A stretch of 64,000 nt of DNA, from NCBI GenBank assembly GCA_016203135.1, contig JACQNI010000078.1, positions 1,157 to 65,156 of the forward strand. Reading direction: 5' to 3'. Under the pieces are notes generated by a model. It worked only from the letters and a program-made list of their open reading frames with translations, was not told where the DNA came from and searched no databases. Positions 22,513 to 31,919 of this stretch are shown piece after piece. Source of the stretch: Candidatus Woesearchaeota archaeon. Its GTDB lineage: Archaea; Nanobdellota; Nanobdellia; SCGC-AAA011-G17; JACPNG01. The translations under genes were made by a program, and so were the position numbers. How positions within the stretch are numbered: the stretch's first letter is position 1; each line of letters begins with the position of its first letter.

Positions 22513-22839
22513 TTTAAGATTTTTAGTAACTAGATCTATTTTTTCTTCCTTATCTGGACCTATAGCTAAACAGGTTATAGAGGCTTTTATCTGGGTTTTA
22601 CCAGCGTCTTTTATAAAAGAATTCTGTATTTTGTTTTTATTGGCTTTTTCCTTATAGAATTGAAGCTCTTTAATATCTTTAACCTTTAAAATAATTTTTT
22701 TCATGCCTTTTTTAATCCAGATATCCCTGGTTAAAGGATCTGCATTTAGAGCAGCTTCTACAGATGCATGGCCAACTTGGCTTGCTATCTTACCTTTGCT
22801 CATTTTTAAATCAGTTCTGACTAATATTGCCAGCTTCAT
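22504..22839 (-). CDS. pth2: peptidyl-tRNA hydrolase, archaeal Pth2 type
   Basis: MKLAILVRTDLKMSKGKIASQVGHASVEA ... ITCLAIGP matches the Pth2 signature. Start trimmed to Met14 of the ORF. Confidence 0.8.
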   Translation of the reverse strand: MKLAILVRTDLKMSKGKIASQVGHASVEAALNADPLTRDIWIKKGMKKIILKVKDIKELQFYKEKANKNKIQNSFIKDAGKTQIKASITCLAIGPDKEEKIDLVTKNLKLL

Positions 22840-22940
22840 GGGAAATAAGTAAAATCCAAAGAATAAATAGTTTTCCAAGTTATGTTACCACTTATATGAT
22901 TTTACGAAAATATTTAAAGAATTATAATCTATGGCATTTA

Positions 22941-23825
22941 ATGAAAAAGGTATTTTTAGCTTTTGTATTTGCTATATTGCTAGTTGTTTCTGTTTATGCT
23001 GCCTCAAGGGGAAGTGGTGGGAGTTTAGATGATGATGTTAATGAAATTGATGCAGACGATAATGATACAGATAGTGATGATTCATTAAATGAAGCTAGAG
23101 GAAATATGATAGAAGAAAGGGGAGAGATTAGAGAAGAAAGAAGACAAATTAGATCAAAGATGATGGAAGATAAGTTAAAGACTCCTAGGGCTATGGAAAT
23201 AAGAAGAAAATTAAATGATATAAAATTAGAAAGAGTAGAAACTTCTGGACTAAGGTGTTTTGAGGAAGATGATATAGAAGATAGAGTGAGATGCAGATTA
23301 AATCTAAGTAGGGTAGAGCTTAGAAAAGAATACAAGCTTGAATATTTGCCTGAAGAATGCAGAACTATTGATAATATGACTGAAAGACAGAATTGTGTAA
23401 GAAGATATGCTCAATTGCAGAAATGCTGGAAGTTTATTGGCGATGAAAGGATGAGATGTGTTGATCATGAATTGAACATAACAAAAATTAAGGAACAAAA
23501 AAGGGAATGCAATCTTTTAGATGAAAATGAAAAACAAGAATGTAGAAAAAGGCTAAAAGACAATGTTTATCATAGAATTAAGTTTAAGTTCTATAATCTT
23601 GAAGATAAGGCTGAAAGATTTTTAGATAGGGGATGGGTTGATAATGAAACAGTTGCAGTCTTTATAGCTAATTTAGAAATAAAAAAGGCAGAATTTAATG
23701 AAGCAGCAACAAAAGAAGAAAAAAGGAAAGTGATATTGGAAGTAAGAGAATTATGGAAAGAATTCTTAAAGAGTGTAAACTGGCCAGACAAAGAAGTGGA
23801 GGAAGAAAATGAAACAGAAGGTTAA
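22941..23825 (+). CDS. secreted acidic, cysteine-containing protein
   Basis: Signal peptide MKKVFLAFVFAILLVVSVYAAS. Asp-rich segment, several Cys, coiled-coil-like K/E/R repeats. Start moved to the ATG at 22941. Confidence 0.45.
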   Translation: MKKVFLAFVFAILLVVSVYAASRGSGGSLDDDVNEIDADDNDTDSDDSLNEARGNMIEERGEIREERRQIRSKMMEDKLKTPRAMEIRRKLNDIKLERVETSGLRCFEEDDIEDRVRCRLNLSRVELRKEYKLEYLPEECRTIDNMTERQNCVRRYAQLQKCWKFIGDERMRCVDHELNITKIKEQKRECNLLDENEKQECRKRLKDNVYHRIKFKFYNLEDKAERFLDRGWVDNETVAVFIANLEIKKAEFNEAATKEEKRKVILEVRELWKEFLKSVNWPDKEVEEENETEG

Positions 23826-24003
23826 ATTAATTTTTATAGTTTTAGTCGCTGCAATGTTTTTAATAGGATGCACTCAGAAACAAGAAGCTAAGGATAAAGA
23901 GCCATCTATGGAAGAAATACAAGGCGGACAAGTAGCTCCTGAAGAGCTTGATGATGAATTAGATGGGGCTTTACAAGATCTTGATGATATTGAAGAGCCG
24001 TAA
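23809..24003 (+). CDS. small acidic lipoprotein (64 aa)
   Basis: Signal peptide with lipobox LIGC followed by an acidic tail. Confidence 0.4.
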   Translation: MKQKVKLIFIVLVAAMFLIGCTQKQEAKDKEPSMEEIQGGQVAPEELDDELDGALQDLDDIEEP

Positions 24004-24045
24004 GGTTTTACAGATAATTTTATAAATTAAACTTCTAAATTTATT

Positions 24046-24894
24046 TTAAAGGGATTGTCGGCTAGCTTGGTTTAGGCTTCGAGGTTTGGGACCTTGCGAC
24101 CCAGGTTCAAATCCTGGCAGTCCCATTATCTTCAATAGACCCTCTTCCTTTCTTTTATTGCTAAAACCAATATTCTTATAGTATATTTCCAAATATTTTC
24201 TTGGAATTCTAAGCAGATACAGGTCTTTTCGATTATCTCTTTTTCTTACTGTTATTCTAGGAACAATCTTCAAAATTAAAAGTATCTTTCTAAGGTCTTC
24301 TATTAGCTCCTTGGAAACAACCCCACAAGAGATATTTATGTTTTCAACAAACCCATCTGTATCCATTAAACCTCTAGCAAAACCAAATAAGAATGATTTA
24401 TTATGAGATTCTATCTCTTTGGCAAGACGTATTGAGTATACTTTTCTGTTTTCCCAATGCAAATAATCTTTAATAAAATTTGATAGATTTATTGAACTTA
24501 TTCTTATTTCAAATGAACTAGGATTTCCTTTATAATTTTTAACATACACTTTTGGATTGAGCCCCATTTTCTTGAAAAGAGAAACTAAATAATTCTTATA
24601 TTCTTTATCATCTTTATAAGAAAGGAAATACCTTGTATAGTATTTACTACTCCTACCATTCTTATCATGGTAATATGAACCATCCCCCGCAAACGAACCT
24701 ATAATTTCCCCTTTTATGAAGTCTGGAAATAGTAGATTAATTTGTTTTACTCTTTTTACTTTTTTATTTACATTTAGATTATACTGGATAGTACTAAGAG
24801 TAATATTTGTTTTCTTTTGTATCTTTCTTAAACTTAATCCATTTTTAGAAAGATTTTTTATTAATCTTATCTGAATTTTTGATAATCTCTTCAT
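24046..24894 (-). CDS. LAGLIDADG homing endonuclease (double-motif, with N-terminal HTH)
   Basis: Motifs IIGSFAGDGSYY and FLFGFARGLMDTDGFV. N-terminal HTH LSLRKIQKKTNITLSTIQ. Last 27 codons are antisense to tRNA-Pro. Confidence 0.8.
   Translation of the reverse strand: MKRLSKIQIRLIKNLSKNGLSLRKIQKKTNITLSTIQYNLNVNKKVKRVKQINLLFPDFIKGEIIGSFAGDGSYYHDKNGRSSKYYTRYFLSYKDDKEYKNYLVSLFKKMGLNPKVYVKNYKGNPSSFEIRISSINLSNFIKDYLHWENRKVYSIRLAKEIESHNKSFLFGFARGLMDTDGFVENINISCGVVSKELIEDLRKILLILKIVPRITVRKRDNRKDLYLLRIPRKYLEIYYKNIGFSNKRKEEGLLKIMGLPGFEPGSQGPKPRSLNQASRQSL
24051..24125 (+). tRNA. tRNA-Pro (anticodon UGG)
   Basis: GGGATTG acceptor pairs with CAGTCCC. Anticodon arm CGAGG-TTTGGGA-CCTTG. T-arm CCAGG-TTCAAAT-CCTGG. 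Discriminator A. 75 nt, no intron. Confidence 0.75.
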
Positions 24895-24913
24895 ATAACT
24901 TAAGAAGATTTAA

Positions 24914-24927
24914 CCTTTATATATTTT
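24914..24927 (-). promoter_or_regulatory. TATA-box-like element (AAAATATATAAAG on minus strand) about 25 nt upstream of the homing endonuclease start
   Basis: Archaeal TATA-like motif at the expected distance for a leaderless transcript. Confidence 0.3.
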
Positions 24928-24957
24928 TCGACCCCGGTTCAAATCAGGGCAGCTCCA
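24926..24957 (+). repeat. degenerate direct repeat of the tRNA-Pro 3' end (variable loop, T-arm, acceptor 3' strand); 26/32 identical
   Basis: TTTCGACCCCGGTTCAAATCAGGGCAGCTCCA vs tRNA-Pro 24094-24125 TTGCGACCCAGGTTCAAATCCTGGCAGTCCCA. The homing endonuclease gene lies exactly between the tRNA and this partial copy. Confidence 0.5.
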
Positions 24958-25088
24958 CTTTTTATGACTAATGCTTAATATCTTGCCATAATATCTGTGT
25001 AATTATATAGGAGATGTTTGAATTAGGAATAGATGCGAAGTTTAATCAAACAAATGATTTAAATAACCAATAACATTATCAAAATAAA

Positions 25089-25514
25089 ATGAATAAGAAA
25101 ACGGTAGCACTTATTTTACCGTATAATAATAAATTTGAGATTATTATGCAGAAAAGAAAAGGCTTCGTAGACAAACCTGTTGAAGTAGACTATGGTTTTT
25201 TTGGCGGTCATTTGGAAGAAGGAGAGACAGTAAAACAAGCATTAAAACGGGAAATAAAAGAAGAATTAAATATTGATATAAGAGATATTAAAAGTCTAAA
25301 ATTCTTTAATAAGTATCAATATGAAGTCAAAGAAAAAGAAATTTTAGTCGAACTCTATGTCTTTTTATGTAAGATGAAAGATGTTAAAAATATGAAAGTA
25401 AATGAAGGGAAACCCGCAACACTTAAACTAAGAGAAGCAATTAATCTTAATATATCTAAGATGGATAAAAAAATATTGGGGGAGGTTTATAATTTTCTGT
25501 TTAAAAAGTCATAA
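25089..25514 (+). CDS. NUDIX hydrolase
   Basis: Nudix box GGHLEEGETVKQALKREIKEELN. Confidence 0.75.
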   Translation: MNKKTVALILPYNNKFEIIMQKRKGFVDKPVEVDYGFFGGHLEEGETVKQALKREIKEELNIDIRDIKSLKFFNKYQYEVKEKEILVELYVFLCKMKDVKNMKVNEGKPATLKLREAINLNISKMDKKILGEVYNFLFKKS

Positions 25515-25604
25515 ATCTGTTAAAAAAGTATCTCTCTTCTGATAATTATTAAACAAAGTCCAATTCTTGCAAAAATTTAAATAGGAGTAATAATTTTTAA
25601 ATAG

Positions 25605-25751
25605 ATGACAAGAGGAAAACATCATGAAAAAAGAACAACTTTACCAAAGTTTGTGGAAAAAAGTACTGAAGGAAAGTGCAAATATTGTAATAAACACGTA
25701 AAAAATCTAGAAGCGCATATAAGATCAAGACATAAAGACAAGTTAAAATAA
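25605..25751 (+). CDS. small C2H2-like zinc-finger protein (48 aa); not in the supplied ORF track
   Basis: MTRGKHHEKRTTLPKFVEKSTEGKCKYCNKHVKNLEAHIRSRHKDKLK, with C-x2-C-x9-H-x4-H spacing. Basic, intergenic. Confidence 0.35.
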   Translation: MTRGKHHEKRTTLPKFVEKSTEGKCKYCNKHVKNLEAHIRSRHKDKLK

Positions 25752-25755
25752 ATTT

Positions 25756-26769
25756 CTATGTTAAAATCATTGCTTCTAACTCTTTTGATGCATCTACCAG
25801 GCTTAATTTACTCCCAAACATACCTTCAATAAACAAAGGAGATAAATTAGAAAGATGTCTTGGACCTATTAAATCCTGCCAGAAATCAATTTTAATATTA
25901 TTTTCTCTATCTTCTATTACTTCTTCTAAATTGTTTTCTTCTTTCAGATCATAACAATCTGCTAGATCTGTCAATTCACCAGCAGTTGTTATGTTTCCAG
26001 TGCTTGGACAAAGATGTAAATAGCCTAATTCTATTAATTTATAGAAGGTTTTTCCAGCTGTTTTTGCTATTTCAATAATCCTTTCATTTAATTTATATTT
26101 ATCTTCTGGATCTCCTAATCTAAATGGAGACAAAGGGGCTCTTATGATGAAACCAGCATCATCATCTTGCTTAAAAGCCCCAAGTGGATTTTTACTTATT
26201 GGTAAATCTAATTCAGCTTTAAGATATTCTTCTAGCAAATCAAGATTTGACATAGAGAATCTATTCTCTAAATTATTTTCAGAATCAGATCTTGATAAAA
26301 TTATGCTAGATGCAACTTTTAATCCTGATTTTAACCATTCTTCCTTATATATTCTTCCTAGCAATAATGGCATTGGTGTATTTAAGCCTGAATTAAATGC
26401 TTTTTCCAATATTAAATATTCTCTTTCAGCTTTCTTAAAAAATGTTCCAAAGAGTATATCGTTAGATGAATGGAGCCATAGGCACATATCTTGACCGTCT
26501 TGGCCATATCCTTTTACTTCAATAAATCTTGAAGGATTATTATAGACTTTATATGGATAAAAAAATGTCCTGCCCCAGCCTACTTCTCTTTGGGTCATTA
26601 ATATTCCAGAGAGGGAATATTCTTTTTTTTCCTCAAATGTTAAAAACTCTTGAGAATATATTTTTTCTACAATAAATTTTTTAGGAGTTATTGTATGTTT
26701 GCCACTATAGTAAGGATGATTTAAGACATAGTTTAATTTTGAGTTTATAATTTCATCTAATTTTTGCAT
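25756..26769 (-). CDS. hypothetical protein (337 aa)
   Basis: Long ORF. No motif I can assign with confidence. Confidence 0.4.
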   Translation of the reverse strand: MQKLDEIINSKLNYVLNHPYYSGKHTITPKKFIVEKIYSQEFLTFEEKKEYSLSGILMTQREVGWGRTFFYPYKVYNNPSRFIEVKGYGQDGQDMCLWLHSSNDILFGTFFKKAEREYLILEKAFNSGLNTPMPLLLGRIYKEEWLKSGLKVASSIILSRSDSENNLENRFSMSNLDLLEEYLKAELDLPISKNPLGAFKQDDDAGFIIRAPLSPFRLGDPEDKYKLNERIIEIAKTAGKTFYKLIELGYLHLCPSTGNITTAGELTDLADCYDLKEENNLEEVIEDRENNIKIDFWQDLIGPRHLSNLSPLFIEGMFGSKLSLVDASKELEAMILT

Positions 26770-26855
26770 AAATATAGGGATATAGAAAAATTTATATTGG
26801 TTGTTTTAAAATTAATAATAGAAACATTTTTAAATCATTCTTTGATATTTTTTGA

Positions 26856-27065
26856 ATGGCAAGGAAAGTTGGCTCTGCAGGGAGATTTGGAACAAGATAC
26901 GGAAGAAGCGTAAGGACTTTAATTGCTGATATAGAGAAAAAGCAAAAGGTAAAACACAAATGTCCATACTGCAGCAAGACTGCAGTAAAAAGGCTTGCAT
27001 TCGGAATATTTAAATGCAATAAATGCAATTCAAAATTTGCAGGAAAGGCTTATTTTATAGAGTAA
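26856..27065 (+). CDS. rpl37ae: 50S ribosomal protein L37ae
   Basis: GRFGTRYGRSVR...CPYCSK.AVKR.AFGIFKCNKC...FAGKAY zinc ribbon typical of L37ae. Confidence 0.9.
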   Translation: MARKVGSAGRFGTRYGRSVRTLIADIEKKQKVKHKCPYCSKTAVKRLAFGIFKCNKCNSKFAGKAYFIE

Positions 27066-27067
27066 AA

Positions 27068-27220
27068 ATGGCAAAGATAAAAGAAGGATTATACAAATGT
27101 TTTTACTGTGGTAAGAGCATATCTTATGATGATGTAAAGAAAAGAATAAGGTGTGTTTATTGCGGTAGCAAGATATTATATAAAACTAGACATATTGGAA
27201 CAACAGTAAAGGCAGAATGA
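27068..27220 (+). CDS. rpoP: DNA-directed RNA polymerase subunit P (Rpo12)
   Basis: MAKIKEGLYKCFYCGK...IRCVYCGSKILYK zinc ribbon. Immediately downstream of L37ae (conserved pairing). Start trimmed to Met16 of the ORF. Confidence 0.7.
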   Translation: MAKIKEGLYKCFYCGKSISYDDVKKRIRCVYCGSKILYKTRHIGTTVKAE

Positions 27221-27552
27221 AACTTGACAAAGATACAGAACAAAAAATTGCACAGCTCCAAATATTTGAGCAAAATCTGCAGAATTTCTTTATTCAAAGG
27301 CAAACATTTCAAAACCAAGCTGCTGAAATTGAAAATGCCTTGAAAGAACTTGGCAATCTTAAAGAGGATACTGCTTTTAAATTGGTTGGAAATATAATGC
27401 TAAAGAAGAAGAAAAAGGATTTAACTGAAGATCTTAAATCAAGGAAAGAAGTTTTAGAATTAAGAATAAAAAACATAGAAAAACAAGAGAATAAAATCAA
27501 GGAAAAATCAAAAGAGATAAGAGACGAGGTTATGAAAGAACTGGAGAAGTAA
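27217..27552 (+). CDS. pfdB: prefoldin beta subunit
   Basis: Coiled-coil with IAQLQIFEQNLQNF..Q..AAEIENALKELGNLKEDTAFKLVGNIMLKK..K..L.E.KE.LELRIKNIEKQE pattern. Confidence 0.75.
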   Translation: MKLDKDTEQKIAQLQIFEQNLQNFFIQRQTFQNQAAEIENALKELGNLKEDTAFKLVGNIMLKKKKKDLTEDLKSRKEVLELRIKNIEKQENKIKEKSKEIRDEVMKELEK

Positions 27553-27554
27553 AA

Positions 27555-27797
27555 ATGAATATTACAGAGGTGGTGCAATTATTAAATCAAATTGAGGAAG
27601 ATCTGTCAGTTCCTAGGAATGTCAGAAGCAGAATTTGTTCTATGAAGATTATGTTTGAAAAAGACAATGCAGATATTAGAATAAAAATAGACAAGTCATT
27701 ACAGGAATTAGATGAGATAAGCGATGATCCTAATATTCCTGGTTTTATCAGAACACAAATATGGAATATTGTCAGCTTGTTAGAAAGCAGGAAATAG
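27555..27797 (+). CDS. UPF0147-family small protein
   Basis: VVQLLNQIEEDLSVPRNVRSRI...LDEISDDPNIPGFIRTQIWNIVSLLES resembles the archaeal UPF0147 family, usually found in this cluster. Confidence 0.5.
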   Translation: MNITEVVQLLNQIEEDLSVPRNVRSRICSMKIMFEKDNADIRIKIDKSLQELDEISDDPNIPGFIRTQIWNIVSLLESRK

Positions 27798-28043
27798 CTA
27801 TATTTTTTGGAATATTTCTTTTAATCTTTGATGGGAATGATATGGGTCAATGGTAAACTTTTCTAGATTTACTAAAGAGGCTTGATTATTATCAAAGTAT
27901 CCAACTGGCATTTCAATTGGAGATTCGCCATTATTTATGTAAACGTGGCCAGTTATTCCAACTAGGAAACCAGATGTTTTTAAAACTTCTTCTAAGGTTT
28001 TTATCTGTTCATTAGATAGGCTTTCTCTGATTTTTTCTTGCAT
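27798..28043 (-). CDS. hypothetical protein (81 aa)
   Basis: ORF only. Confidence 0.3.
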   Translation of the reverse strand: MQEKIRESLSNEQIKTLEEVLKTSGFLVGITGHVYINNGESPIEMPVGYFDNNQASLVNLEKFTIDPYHSHQRLKEIFQKI

Positions 28044-28268
28044 ATATCTTTAGTAGACAGAAAATATATAAAACTTACGTAGTAACATTTAAATACTAAT
28101 AATCAATAAAAAATATATGAATAATTACAACAATCATTCAATGGAATACATGAATTCTGGATATAATTTAGAAGGCATTATCAGCAATTATACAAGCCCT
28201 AGAAAGGAGCATGAAAATCATAACTTCCAAGTGCCTGGATGCCCATACTGCAGGATTTAATCATAATA

Positions 28269-29630
28269 ATGGCTCTAAAGTTTTATAACACATTGACTAG
28301 GAAGAAGGAATTATTAAAGCCTAGAAAGGGCAATAAGGTAGATATGTTTATATGCGGACCAACGGTTTATAATTACAGCCATCTAGGCCATGCAAAGACT
28401 TATTTACAATTTGATATTATTGTAAAATATTTGAGATATAGAAAATATAAAGTGTTCTATTTACAAAACATTACTGATATAGACGACAAGATAATAAAAA
28501 AGGCTTTAGATGAAAATATTAATACTGAGAAAATAGCGAGAAAATATGAAACTGAGTATTATAAAGACATGAAGGTTCTTGGAATTAACTCAGTAAATAA
28601 ATATGCAAGGGCAACAGACCATATAAAAGAGATAATAAACCAGGTTCAAGGATTAATGAATAAGGGTTTTGCTTATAAAATAGACGATGGAATATATTTT
28701 GATCTTTCTAAGTTTAAAGACTATGGGAAATTATCTGGAAGGACAACTTTAGAAGCTGAGGATTCTGTTTCAAGAATAGATGATAATAAAGACAAAAGAA
28801 ATAAAGGAGATTTTTGTTTATGGAAGTTTTCAAAAGAAAATGAGCCTTCATGGAAAAATCCCTTTGGAAAAACTGGCAGGCCGGGCTGGCATATCGAAGA
28901 TACAGCGATAACAGAAAAGTATTTTGGACAACAATATGATATCCACGGAGGAGCACGAGATTTAATATTTCCGCATCATGAGGCTGAGATTGCTCAGATG
29001 GAATCTCTATCTGGAAAAAAGCCTTTTGTAAAATACTGGCTTCATACTGGCTTTTTGAATATTGAAAGCAATAAAATGTCTAAATCTCTTGGAAACTTCT
29101 TAACCATAAGAGAAGTTCTTGAAAAACATGATGCAAAAACATTGAGGTTTTTTTATATTTTAACACATTATAGAAGTCCTATTGATTTTAGCGAAGAAAA
29201 TTTAAGAAACGCTGAAAATTCATTAAGAAGAATAAATGATTTTGTCTTGATTGCAAAAAAAAGCAAGGAAAAAGCTGATAAAAAAATCATTGAAAAAGCA
29301 AAGAAGAAGTTCATTGAAGCAATGGATGATGACATTGACACGCCAAAAGCATTTGCTGTCTTGTTTGACTTTATGAAAGAGATAAACAAAAAAGGCACTG
29401 GCAAAAATGTATATGAATTTTTTAGTGAAATAGATAAAATCTTTGGAATATTAAACTTAGATGAAACTGAGCTAACAAAAGAAGAGGAAAAATTAATAAA
29501 AGCTAGAGAAAACGCCAGGAAGAAAAAAGACTATGGCTTGTCAGACAAGATAAGGCAAGAGTTAAATAAAAAGCATGGAATAATCTTAGAAGATACTTCA
29601 GAGGGAATCAGATGGAAAAGGCAAAAATAA
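28269..29630 (+). CDS. cysS: cysteinyl-tRNA synthetase
   Basis: CGPTVYNYSHLGHA (HIGH), WHIEDTA, NKMSKSLGN (KMSKS). Start trimmed to MALKFYNTLTR. Confidence 0.9.
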   Translation: MALKFYNTLTRKKELLKPRKGNKVDMFICGPTVYNYSHLGHAKTYLQFDIIVKYLRYRKYKVFYLQNITDIDDKIIKKALDENINTEKIARKYETEYYKDMKVLGINSVNKYARATDHIKEIINQVQGLMNKGFAYKIDDGIYFDLSKFKDYGKLSGRTTLEAEDSVSRIDDNKDKRNKGDFCLWKFSKENEPSWKNPFGKTGRPGWHIEDTAITEKYFGQQYDIHGGARDLIFPHHEAEIAQMESLSGKKPFVKYWLHTGFLNIESNKMSKSLGNFLTIREVLEKHDAKTLRFFYILTHYRSPIDFSEENLRNAENSLRRINDFVLIAKKSKEKADKKIIEKAKKKFIEAMDDDIDTPKAFAVLFDFMKEINKKGTGKNVYEFFSEIDKIFGILNLDETELTKEEEKLIKARENARKKKDYGLSDKIRQELNKKHGIILEDTSEGIRWKRQK

Positions 29631-29986
29631 AGGCAATAATTGATAGCCTTCGATCTGCTGGATTGAGCAATATATACCTGCTTAAGGAAGAAGACAAAGA
29701 TATAATTCTCAATATGGAAGAAGATGAGAATATAGGGGTAAAAGAATGCATTGAAAGGGAGTTTACATTGGTTTTAACTCATGATTCAGGATTTAGAAAA
29801 CCACAAGGAAAAATTGTAAATGAACACAATGGAAAAATAATATTTCCAGCTGTGCCTTTTTTAGAAGTAAATGCAAAGAGAGTAGTATCTAGCTCTCCTG
29901 GCAAGGATGTTCATAAGTTTCTTGTTAAAAGATTTAATTTAGGATTGAAAGATGATGCTACTTTACTTATTGGGTTTGATCTTTAA
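29612..29986 (+). CDS. hypothetical protein (124 aa)
   Basis: ORF only. Confidence 0.35.
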   Translation: MEKAKIKAIIDSLRSAGLSNIYLLKEEDKDIILNMEEDENIGVKECIEREFTLVLTHDSGFRKPQGKIVNEHNGKIIFPAVPFLEVNAKRVVSSSPGKDVHKFLVKRFNLGLKDDATLLIGFDL

Positions 29987-30315
29987 TATTGTCTTGATGG
30001 ATAAGACATTAGTTCTCTTGATGAAAATTTATCCAAATGAAAGAGGATGATATTTTTATATTTCTTAACCATTTCATCCCTAAAGTTGCTGTTTATGCAT
30101 AATTGTCTTAAATAAAGTTCTATTTTTGCGGCTTCATTATTTGTGCTATATGACAAAATGATCCCTTCTATTTTTGAGTCTAAATTATCAGAACTTAATT
30201 CATTCTTTCCTTTTTTAGTAAGCCAGTCCAATGTTGTAAATAATACTCTTTCTTCTTCAGGCAGCTGCAAGAAGTTATATACAATCATTCTTTTGATAAA
30301 TCTTGGAACAAACAT
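29983..30315 (-). CDS. hypothetical protein (110 aa)
   Basis: ORF only. Confidence 0.3.
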   Translation of the reverse strand: MFVPRFIKRMIVYNFLQLPEEERVLFTTLDWLTKKGKNELSSDNLDSKIEGIILSYSTNNEAAKIELYLRQLCINSNFRDEMVKKYKNIILFHLDKFSSRELMSYPSRQY

Positions 30316-30316
30316 T

Positions 30317-31009
30317 TTAACTAGTGGGCCTTACAAAGACTTCCCTGTTTATTTTTTCTTGAGGAATATTTAAATCTTTTATGATTTTTACTGTCGCTTC
30401 TACGAATTCATTTGGGCCTGAAATATAAAATGTAGCATCTTTTATGTTTAAAGTATCTTGAATCATTTTTTTATCTATTCGGCCTTTAAGACCATTCCAG
30501 TCTTCTTGGGTTAAATTAAAATAAGGCTTGAAATTTTTATTTTTTTCAGCTAAATTTAAAAATTCATCATAAAAGATAATTTCATTTTTTGTTTTATTGC
30601 TGTAAAGCAACTGCATGTTAATGTCTAGTTTTTTATCAATAATATAGTTAATCATGCTTCTTAATGGTGTTATTCCATTGCCTGCTGCGAGAAATATAGA
30701 ATTTTTATCCTGTTCCTTTAAAATAAACCTTCCTAGAGGGCCTTTGATTAAAACTTCATCATTAATTTTAAGGGAATGCATTTCAGCAGCTACTTTGCTA
30801 TCCGGGTATTTTTTTATTGATAGTTCTATATGGTTTTTTACTATTGGAGAACTTGATATGCTAAAAGATCTTGTTCCTGATGGTATAGTAAGCATTATGT
30901 ATTGGCCTGGCTTAAAATCAAGATCCTGTCTTGAAACTTGTAGAAAAAATGTCTTTACACTTTCTGTTTCCTGCTTTATATTTAGGATCTTAACTTTTTG
31001 GTTGAACAT
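30317..31009 (-). CDS. FAD/NAD(P)-binding oxidoreductase (ferredoxin-NADP reductase-like)
   Basis: RSFSISS (RxYS FAD-binding motif) and GNGITP (NAD(P)-binding GxGxxP). No C-terminal Fe-S cysteines. Confidence 0.6.
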   Translation of the reverse strand: MFNQKVKILNIKQETESVKTFFLQVSRQDLDFKPGQYIMLTIPSGTRSFSISSSPIVKNHIELSIKKYPDSKVAAEMHSLKINDEVLIKGPLGRFILKEQDKNSIFLAAGNGITPLRSMINYIIDKKLDINMQLLYSNKTKNEIIFYDEFLNLAEKNKNFKPYFNLTQEDWNGLKGRIDKKMIQDTLNIKDATFYISGPNEFVEATVKIIKDLNIPQEKINREVFVRPTS

Positions 31010-31010
31010 G

Positions 31011-31373
31011 TTACCTTTTAAGCTGTTGTAGAACTATTTTTGCATTTAAATCTACATATTTAAATAGAATCTCATCTACATCCCTATTATCCATTTCTGC
31101 TATTAAAGAAGGATAATAATCTCCAAAAAATTCCCTATAGTGATAAAGAAACGCCATGAAGTCTGAATATTCTATTAATTGAGTTTCTTTAGATGCATTA
31201 CTATTTTCTACTAATGCTGAAGCAAACCAGTCAAGATTGCTTCTATAATCTTCGTAACTATTCCCAAAATCTTTGATCGAAGCTGGATTATAATTAATTA
31301 ATCTAGTTCTTAGAGGACTCATCATTACCATAACAATTTCTTGCAACTCAGAATCCATTAACATTTTAAGCAA
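31011..31373 (-). CDS. hypothetical protein (120 aa)
   Basis: ORF only. Confidence 0.3.
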   Translation of the reverse strand: MLKMLMDSELQEIVMVMMSPLRTRLINYNPASIKDFGNSYEDYRSNLDWFASALVENSNASKETQLIEYSDFMAFLYHYREFFGDYYPSLIAEMDNRDVDEILFKYVDLNAKIVLQQLKR

Positions 31374-31602
31374 GCCTGTCTGTTATATTTTCTCCCTTTT
31401 TCTTTGGAGTTTTTGTTTTTTTTATTAGATCATTTGCTTCTTTTGCTTCCTTTTCCAGATCAACACCCAGTTCTTTTAAGGATTTTAAGTGAGCCTGCAT
31501 CAATTGCTCTACTATTGTTAGAATTCTTATTAATTCTTCCCTTTCTTTTGCAAGGGTTGTTAAAGATCCCTTATGAAAGCCAATTGTTTCTTCGTCTGAC
31601 AT
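31366..31602 (-). CDS. hypothetical protein (78 aa)
   Basis: ORF only. Confidence 0.3.
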   Translation of the reverse strand: MSDEETIGFHKGSLTTLAKEREELIRILTIVEQLMQAHLKSLKELGVDLEKEAKEANDLIKKTKTPKKKGENITDRLA

Positions 31603-31691
31603 AGAAAATATAAGAATAAAAAGTTATTTAAGGATTTCTAAAAAGCGCCTAGGCAGAAGATGTATAATCTATTCTTCTGCAATGAATTTTA

Positions 31692-31919
31692 TTATAAATG
31701 TTTTAAAAACTCTTCTCTGCTAATACCCAAATCTTTCTTTATGATCTTATTTAATAAATGTCTATCAACAACATCTGCTGGATGATTTGGTATAACTGTG
31801 GTCCTTCCATCTGAGTGCTCAAAAAACATATGGCTTCCTCTTTGTCTTTTAAATTCAAAGCCCAATTTTTCAAGAACTTTTATTACCTCTCTCGCCTTAA
31901 TGAGAGGTACCTTTGTCAT
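31692..31919 (-). CDS. hicA: HicA toxin
   Basis: KAREVIKVLEKLGFEFKRQRGSHMFFEHSDGRTTVIPNH matches the HicA/YcfA pattern. Confidence 0.75.
   Translation of the reverse strand: MTKVPLIKAREVIKVLEKLGFEFKRQRGSHMFFEHSDGRTTVIPNHPADVVDRHLLNKIIKKDLGISREEFLKHL

Noticed and set aside
24046-24130. Possibility that the tRNA-like sequence is on the minus strand as part of the homing endonuclease locus
   Set aside because: The T-loop reads TTCAAAT only on the plus strand. The acceptor and anticodon arms fold correctly only in plus orientation.
31642-31657. Third att-like copy AAAGCGCCTAGGCAGA treated as a definite attachment site
   Set aside because: Only 14 of 17 positions match, with two mismatches in the core. 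It is kept as a hint inside a finding but not called as a feature.
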